Position numbers and translations under genes: made by a program
The notes under the pieces: model-generated
The model's input: the letters and a program-made list of their open reading frames with translations, nothing else
Databases searched by the model: none
Told to the model about the DNA's origin: nothing
NCBI GenBank assembly: GCA_015490465.1
Contig: WFXS01000105.1
Span: forward strand, 1 to 18,562
DNA length: 18,562 nt
Reading direction: 5' to 3'
From: a candidate division WOR-3 bacterium
Lineage (GTDB): Bacteria > Hydrothermota > Hydrothermia > LBFQ01
Shown: positions 14,192 through 18,562 of the stretch, in pieces
How the letters are laid out: every line of letters begins with the position of its first letter
Position numbering within the stretch: position 1 is the stretch's first letter

Positions 14192-15268
14192 ATGAGAAAG
14201 GGAATTTTACTCGTACTTCTGAGTGCATTTGTGGGATGTTCGTCCCTTGAATCCCCTTACGCCTCCAGCACGAAGATCTACATCCAGCAGGACAACCTTG
14301 AGAAGGCTCTGGAGAACGCAAACAAGTGGGTGGCCGAGGACTCTGCTAACCCCAAAGCCTACATATGGCGGGGTGTCATTCACACCCGCAAGTACGATTA
14401 CATCTCTGCAGCCAACGACTTCAAAAAGGCCTTTGCTCTGGACTCCACCTACATGGATGAGAAGAAGTTTGAAGGGACGGTAGCCATAGCCGGTCAGCCC
14501 CTTATGCCTTACAGGGCCGTTCCCGCGGTTTTCAACAACGCCGCCGTTAAACTCATAAACGGAAAGAAGTACGACGAGGCCCTGACCTATCTTGAGTACT
14601 CACTGAAACTTGATCCCAACAACGCCAACACCTACCTCCTCATCCATACGGTGTACAACGCTAAAGGAGACGAGAAGAAGGCCAAGGAGTACCTCGTGGA
14701 GGCCGTGAAGAGGGATCCCAACAACTACCGTGCCAAGCTCCAGCTGGCCGTCCTCTACTCCTACGAGGGCAACAAGGACGAGGCCGAGAAGCTCCTGAAG
14801 GAGGTGATAAAGGCCGTAGAGAGCGACACGGCGGCCGACGAGCAGATTAAACTGGAGATCTACAAGGAGTACGCCGTCCTGAAGTTTGAGAAGAAAGAGT
14901 ACGATGAGGCCATCAAGTACTTCCAGAAGGCCTACGAGATAAAGAAGGACGACTACGAGGTCCTGGCTAACCTTGGAAACGTCTACGCCGCCAAAAAGGA
15001 TTACGACAACGCCGTCAAGTACCTGAAGGAGGCCTACGCCCTCAAGAAGGACGACTACCGCATACCCCAGGCCCTGGCCGAGGTCCTCTACGAGAAGAAG
15101 GACTACAAACAGGCCCTGAAGTACATAAACGAGGCCATAAAACTCAAGGGGGACGATCCGACGCTCTACCGCATAAGGGCAGCCATTTACAAGGCGATGG
15201 GTAAGAGGAGGAGTGCGTTAAGGGACCTCAAGAAGGCCATGGACCTTGAGAAGAAGAAGGGTAAGTAA
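14192..15268 (+). CDS. TPR-repeat lipoprotein.
   Basis: MRKGILLVLLSAFVGCSS is a signal peptide with a lipobox. Multiple 34-aa TPR units (…AxxYxxxG…, with the repeated KKDDYE/KKDYDN/KKDDYR/KKDYKQ periodicity) are visible at the DNA level. Confidence 0.8.
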   Translation: MRKGILLVLLSAFVGCSSLESPYASSTKIYIQQDNLEKALENANKWVAEDSANPKAYIWRGVIHTRKYDYISAANDFKKAFALDSTYMDEKKFEGTVAIAGQPLMPYRAVPAVFNNAAVKLINGKKYDEALTYLEYSLKLDPNNANTYLLIHTVYNAKGDEKKAKEYLVEAVKRDPNNYRAKLQLAVLYSYEGNKDEAEKLLKEVIKAVESDTAADEQIKLEIYKEYAVLKFEKKEYDEAIKYFQKAYEIKKDDYEVLANLGNVYAAKKDYDNAVKYLKEAYALKKDDYRIPQALAEVLYEKKDYKQALKYINEAIKLKGDDPTLYRIRAAIYKAMGKRRSALRDLKKAMDLEKKKGK

Positions 15269-15269
15269 T

Positions 15270-16193
15270 ATGAGAGGAAGGCAGTACATAAGCGTGCTTG
15301 ACCTGAGCAGGGACGAGACCCTTGAGGTCCTTCAGGTCGCCCAGCATCTTAAACTTGAGCGTAAGGCGGGGGTGCGCACCAGCGATATCCTCCGGGGCAG
15401 GACGTGGGTGATGCTCTTTGAGAAACCCTCACTGAGGACGAGGGCGACCTTTGAGGTGGGGATAAGGGAGCTGGGCGGTCACACCTTCTTCCTCGGCCCA
15501 CAGGAGGTGGGTCTCGGAAAAAGGGAACCCGTAAAGGACGTTGTCCGGAACCTCGCCCGCTGGGTGGACGGCGTCTTCGCCCGCGTCTACGATCACAACG
15601 TCTTTAAGACCTTCCGGGAGTACGCCCCTTCACTCTCCGTCATAAACGCCCTATCCGACTTAGAACATCCCATGCAGGCCCTCGCCGACTTCCAGACCAT
15701 GATAGAGGAGAGCGGGGACCTCGGTTTCCATCTGGTATTCATCGGGGACGGGAACAACGTCGCCAACTCCCTTATGCTCATGTCCGCCCTCCTCGGTTCC
15801 GACTTCACCATAGCCACGCCCGAAGGGTACGAGCCTCCGAAGGAGATAGTTGAGAAGGCCCTTGAACTGGCTAAGAAGACCGGCGCCCGTATCAACGTGG
15901 TTCACGATCCGAAGGAGGCCGTCGCCCACGCCGACTTCATATACACGGACGTCTGGGCATCCATGGGTCAGGAGGCCGAGGCGGAGGAGAGGAGGAAGAT
16001 ATTCGCTCCCTATCAGGTGAACTCCGACCTTCTGCGGTTTGCCCCCCAGCACGCCAAGATCATGCACTGCCTTCCTGCCCACAGGGGAGAGGAGATAACC
16101 GACGAGGTCATAGAGAGCGACCGTTCCCTCGTGTTTGAACAGGCCGAAAACCGCCTCCACACCATAAAGGCGATGCTCATAATGCTATCCTGA
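15270..16193 (+). CDS. argF: Ornithine carbamoyltransferase.
   Basis: It carries SLRTRATFE (STRTR carbamoyl-phosphate motif), HPMQALAD (DxxHPxQ) and HCLPAHRGEE (HCLPAxRG-E ornithine-binding motif). The start was chosen at MRGRQYISVLDL, 1 nt after the TPR gene stop. Confidence 0.85.
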   Translation: MRGRQYISVLDLSRDETLEVLQVAQHLKLERKAGVRTSDILRGRTWVMLFEKPSLRTRATFEVGIRELGGHTFFLGPQEVGLGKREPVKDVVRNLARWVDGVFARVYDHNVFKTFREYAPSLSVINALSDLEHPMQALADFQTMIEESGDLGFHLVFIGDGNNVANSLMLMSALLGSDFTIATPEGYEPPKEIVEKALELAKKTGARINVVHDPKEAVAHADFIYTDVWASMGQEAEAEERRKIFAPYQVNSDLLRFAPQHAKIMHCLPAHRGEEITDEVIESDRSLVFEQAENRLHTIKAMLIMLS

Positions 16194-16194
16194 T

Positions 16195-17493
16195 ATGGAA
16201 CACTTCAAAAGGCTCCTGAAAAAGATAGAGGATAGGGCTATAAATCTGGTTGTGGTGGGTGGGGGATACGTGGGTCTCCCCGTGGCCGTGGAGTTCGCAA
16301 AAAGGGGTGTCAACACCACCGTCCTTGAGGTGGACGGCCGGAAGGTTGATATGCTTAACCGCGGAGAGAGTTACATAGAGGACATACCTTCCGGAGAGCT
16401 GAAACCCTTAGTTGAGTCCGGAAAACTATCGGCCACGACGGATAGGAACGTCCACAGGGGGGCCGACGTGGTCATCATAACCGTCCCCACCCCCCTTGAC
16501 GCCGAAGGGAATCCCGACCTCTCCTATGTGAGGGCGGCCGTTGAGGCTGTGAGGGATTACCTCCACCCCGGTATGCTAATATCCCTTGAGAGTACCACCT
16601 ACCCCGGCACTACGGACGAGATGGCTGAGATCCTTGAGGAGACGGGTCTGAAGGTGGGGAGGGACTTCTTCATGGGCCATTCCCCGGAGAGGATAAACCC
16701 CGGTGATCCCGTATGGAAGTTCCACAACACCCCAAAGGTCGTAGGTGGGATAGACAAACTGTCAACGGAACTGATGGTACGGTTCTACTCCATAGCCGTT
16801 GAGAGGGTAGTACCCGTCAGCACGGCGAGGGCGGCCGAGTTGACCAAGCTCCTTGAGAACACCTTCCGGGCCGTGAACATAGCCCTGGTGAACGAGTTCG
16901 CCATAATCTCCCACAGGTTAAACGTGGATATCTGGGAGGTGATAGAGGCAGCCGGAACCAAGCCCTTCGGCTTCATGAAGTTCTATCCGGGGCCGGGTGT
17001 GGGTGGCCACTGCATCCCCATAGACCCCCTCTACCTCCTCTGGAAGGTGCGAAAGCTCGGTATAGACGCCGAGTTCATAGCCCTCGCCGATAAGGTGAAC
17101 AAGAGCATGCCCGCCTTCGTCGTCTCCCTCCTTGAGGAAGCCCTGAAGAGCGAAGGGAGGGATGTAAAGGACGAAAAGGTCCTGTTGGTAGGGGTAGCGT
17201 ACAAGAAGAACATATCCGACACGAGGGAGAGTCCCGCCTACCGCATAGTTGAGATCCTCCGCTCTAAAGGGGCCAGGGTCAGGTACCACGACCCCCACGT
17301 TCCTCAGTTTATGGGGATGAAGAGCGAAAGACTCCGGGAAGCCCTAAGGTGGACGGATACTGTGGTGGTAGTGACGGATCACGACGATATAGACTGGAAC
17401 CTGATAGCCGAAGAGGCCTCTATAATCGTTGACAGCCGGAACGCCTTCCGGAAGCGCGGGATAAGGCCTATAGGGCGCCTTGTGGTACTCTGA
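16195..17493 (+). CDS. Nucleotide-sugar dehydrogenase (UDP-N-acetyl-D-glucosamine/mannosamine dehydrogenase family).
   Basis: The N-terminal NAD motif is LVVVGGGYVGLPVAVEFA and the catalytic Cys context is GGHCIPIDP. The three-domain size (432 aa) fits. The start lies 1 nt after the argF stop. Confidence 0.85.
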   Translation: MEHFKRLLKKIEDRAINLVVVGGGYVGLPVAVEFAKRGVNTTVLEVDGRKVDMLNRGESYIEDIPSGELKPLVESGKLSATTDRNVHRGADVVIITVPTPLDAEGNPDLSYVRAAVEAVRDYLHPGMLISLESTTYPGTTDEMAEILEETGLKVGRDFFMGHSPERINPGDPVWKFHNTPKVVGGIDKLSTELMVRFYSIAVERVVPVSTARAAELTKLLENTFRAVNIALVNEFAIISHRLNVDIWEVIEAAGTKPFGFMKFYPGPGVGGHCIPIDPLYLLWKVRKLGIDAEFIALADKVNKSMPAFVVSLLEEALKSEGRDVKDEKVLLVGVAYKKNISDTRESPAYRIVEILRSKGARVRYHDPHVPQFMGMKSERLREALRWTDTVVVVTDHDDIDWNLIAEEASIIVDSRNAFRKRGIRPIGRLVVL

Positions 17494-18419
17494 TGGAATT
17501 GGAAGACCTGATAAGGCGTTTTAGAGAGGGGGACGTCAGGGCGCTCGCCCGACTCATAACCTACATAGAGAACGACTGGTATACGGATAAGATCTTTCGG
17601 GAGATATACAGGTTTACCGGAAAGGCGTACAGGGTAGGCATAACCGGGCCACCGGGAGCCGGCAAGAGTACCTTAGTTGATCGTCTATCCGTCGCCCTGA
17701 AGGAGGCAGGCTTCAAGCCCGCGATAATAGCCGTTGATCCCTCCTCACCCTTTACAGGTGGGGCCGTCCTCGGGGACCGTCTCCGTATGACGAAGGCGAT
17801 GGAGAATGGCATATACATCCGCAGCATGGCCTCGCGGGGTAGCCTCGGAGGGATAGCCGAGAGTACGGGGGCCGTCGCCGACCTCCTTGACGCCTTCGGC
17901 TACGATATGATCCTGATAGAGACGGTAGGGGTGGGACAGTCCGAGGTAGATATCGTCAGAACGGCCGATACCGTGGTCGTGGTGCTGGTTCCGGAGTCGG
18001 GGGACGCCGTTCAGGCTATGAAGGCCGGTCTCATGGAGATAGCCCACGTGTTCGTCGTAAACAAGGCCGACAGGGAGGGGGTGGACCGCTTCGTAAGGGA
18101 ACTGGAAGCCATAATCTCCCTATCACCACAGGACTGGAGGCCCCCCGTCATAAAGACCGTAGCCCTGAGGGGCGAGGGCATAGGGGATCTGGTGAATGCT
18201 ATACTAAAGCACAGGGAGTATAGACTATCCCACATGGACGAGGTAAGGCGGAGGAGAGTGATGGATCAGGTTGAAAACATACTGACCCGGAGGTTCCTCA
18301 GGGCGATACACGAACGCCACGATCTCAAGGAGAAGGTTCAGAGGGGGCTTGAACAGGAAAGAACACCCTACGACATAGCCGACGAGATAGAGCGGGATAT
18401 CCTGAGGAGTGGCGGTTGA
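17493..18419 (+). CDS. meaB: MeaB/ArgK-family GTPase (methylmalonyl-CoA mutase-associated G-protein chaperone).
   Basis: It carries the P-loop GITGPPGAGKST and MeaB-typical blocks (VDPSSPFTGGAVLGDRLRM; IETVGVGQSE; VVNKAD). The ATG overlaps the upstream stop (TGATG). Confidence 0.85.
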   Translation: MELEDLIRRFREGDVRALARLITYIENDWYTDKIFREIYRFTGKAYRVGITGPPGAGKSTLVDRLSVALKEAGFKPAIIAVDPSSPFTGGAVLGDRLRMTKAMENGIYIRSMASRGSLGGIAESTGAVADLLDAFGYDMILIETVGVGQSEVDIVRTADTVVVVLVPESGDAVQAMKAGLMEIAHVFVVNKADREGVDRFVRELEAIISLSPQDWRPPVIKTVALRGEGIGDLVNAILKHREYRLSHMDEVRRRRVMDQVENILTRRFLRAIHERHDLKEKVQRGLEQERTPYDIADEIERDILRSGG

Positions 18420-18562
18420 GGAGGCTCATCCCTGCTGCGGTTCTGTTCGTCAAGGAATGTGACAGTACTTTCGCGGTCCGGTCGTTGAAGATTTAGAATT
18501 GATAGGTTTACACTGATTAGCCCAACTTGAGGATTGAAAAACGCCCCTACCTCAGGGCATTA

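Noticed and set aside
14200-15268. DNA-level tandem periodicity (aagaaggac gac tac…) suggestive of a repeat element.
   Set aside because: It is in-frame and corresponds to TPR repeat units (KKDDYE/KKDYDN…) of a lipoprotein. It is protein-level repetition, not a mobile or CRISPR repeat.
1-18562. Search for a CRISPR array, transposase or integrase, or inverted terminal repeats elsewhere in the window.
   Set aside because: No run of 24-40 nt direct repeats with regular spacing was seen in any intergenic region or ORF-poor stretch, and no transposase- or integrase-like ORF is present. The only repeat-like element is the single 37-mer at the right edge, reported separately.

Overview
The window is an 18.5 kb stretch from a moderately GC-rich bacterium. 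Codon usage is thermophile-like (AGG/AGA Arg, AAG Lys, GAG Glu, ATA Ile) and the proteins are rich in charged residues. It is densely packed with 22 protein genes and one tRNA-Gly(GCC), most of them housekeeping. The housekeeping genes are lipB, tadA, an Mrp/ApbC Fe-S carrier, an SDR, mnmA, a GT4 glycosyltransferase, an SPFH protein with an MthK-like K+ channel, an acyl-CoA dehydrogenase, ornithine carbamoyltransferase, a UDP-sugar dehydrogenase and MeaB. Three things stand out.

1. At 427/445..1104 there is a solitary cas6 of the Pyrococcus Cas6 family. It abuts the 3' end of a transporter gene, and no other cas gene or CRISPR array lies in the following 17 kb. A single 37-nt GTTT...GAAAAAC repeat-like element sits at the extreme right edge of the window.

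2. The promoter architecture is very regular. A TATAAT, TAAAAT or TAGAAT hexamer lies only 6-10 nt upstream of the ATG of at least 12 genes, with no Shine-Dalgarno sequence, so transcripts look leaderless. Two of these promoters are near-identical 21-mers.

3. Several uncharacterised proteins are candidates for new biology. They include a helical 322-aa protein paired with a secreted protein that ends in a T9SS-like beta tail, an LPP20/FlgT-like periplasmic protein, a 330-aa lipoprotein fused into the tadA-lipB operon, and a 130-aa protein convergent with cas6.

Antisense ORFs in the six-frame track were judged spurious.
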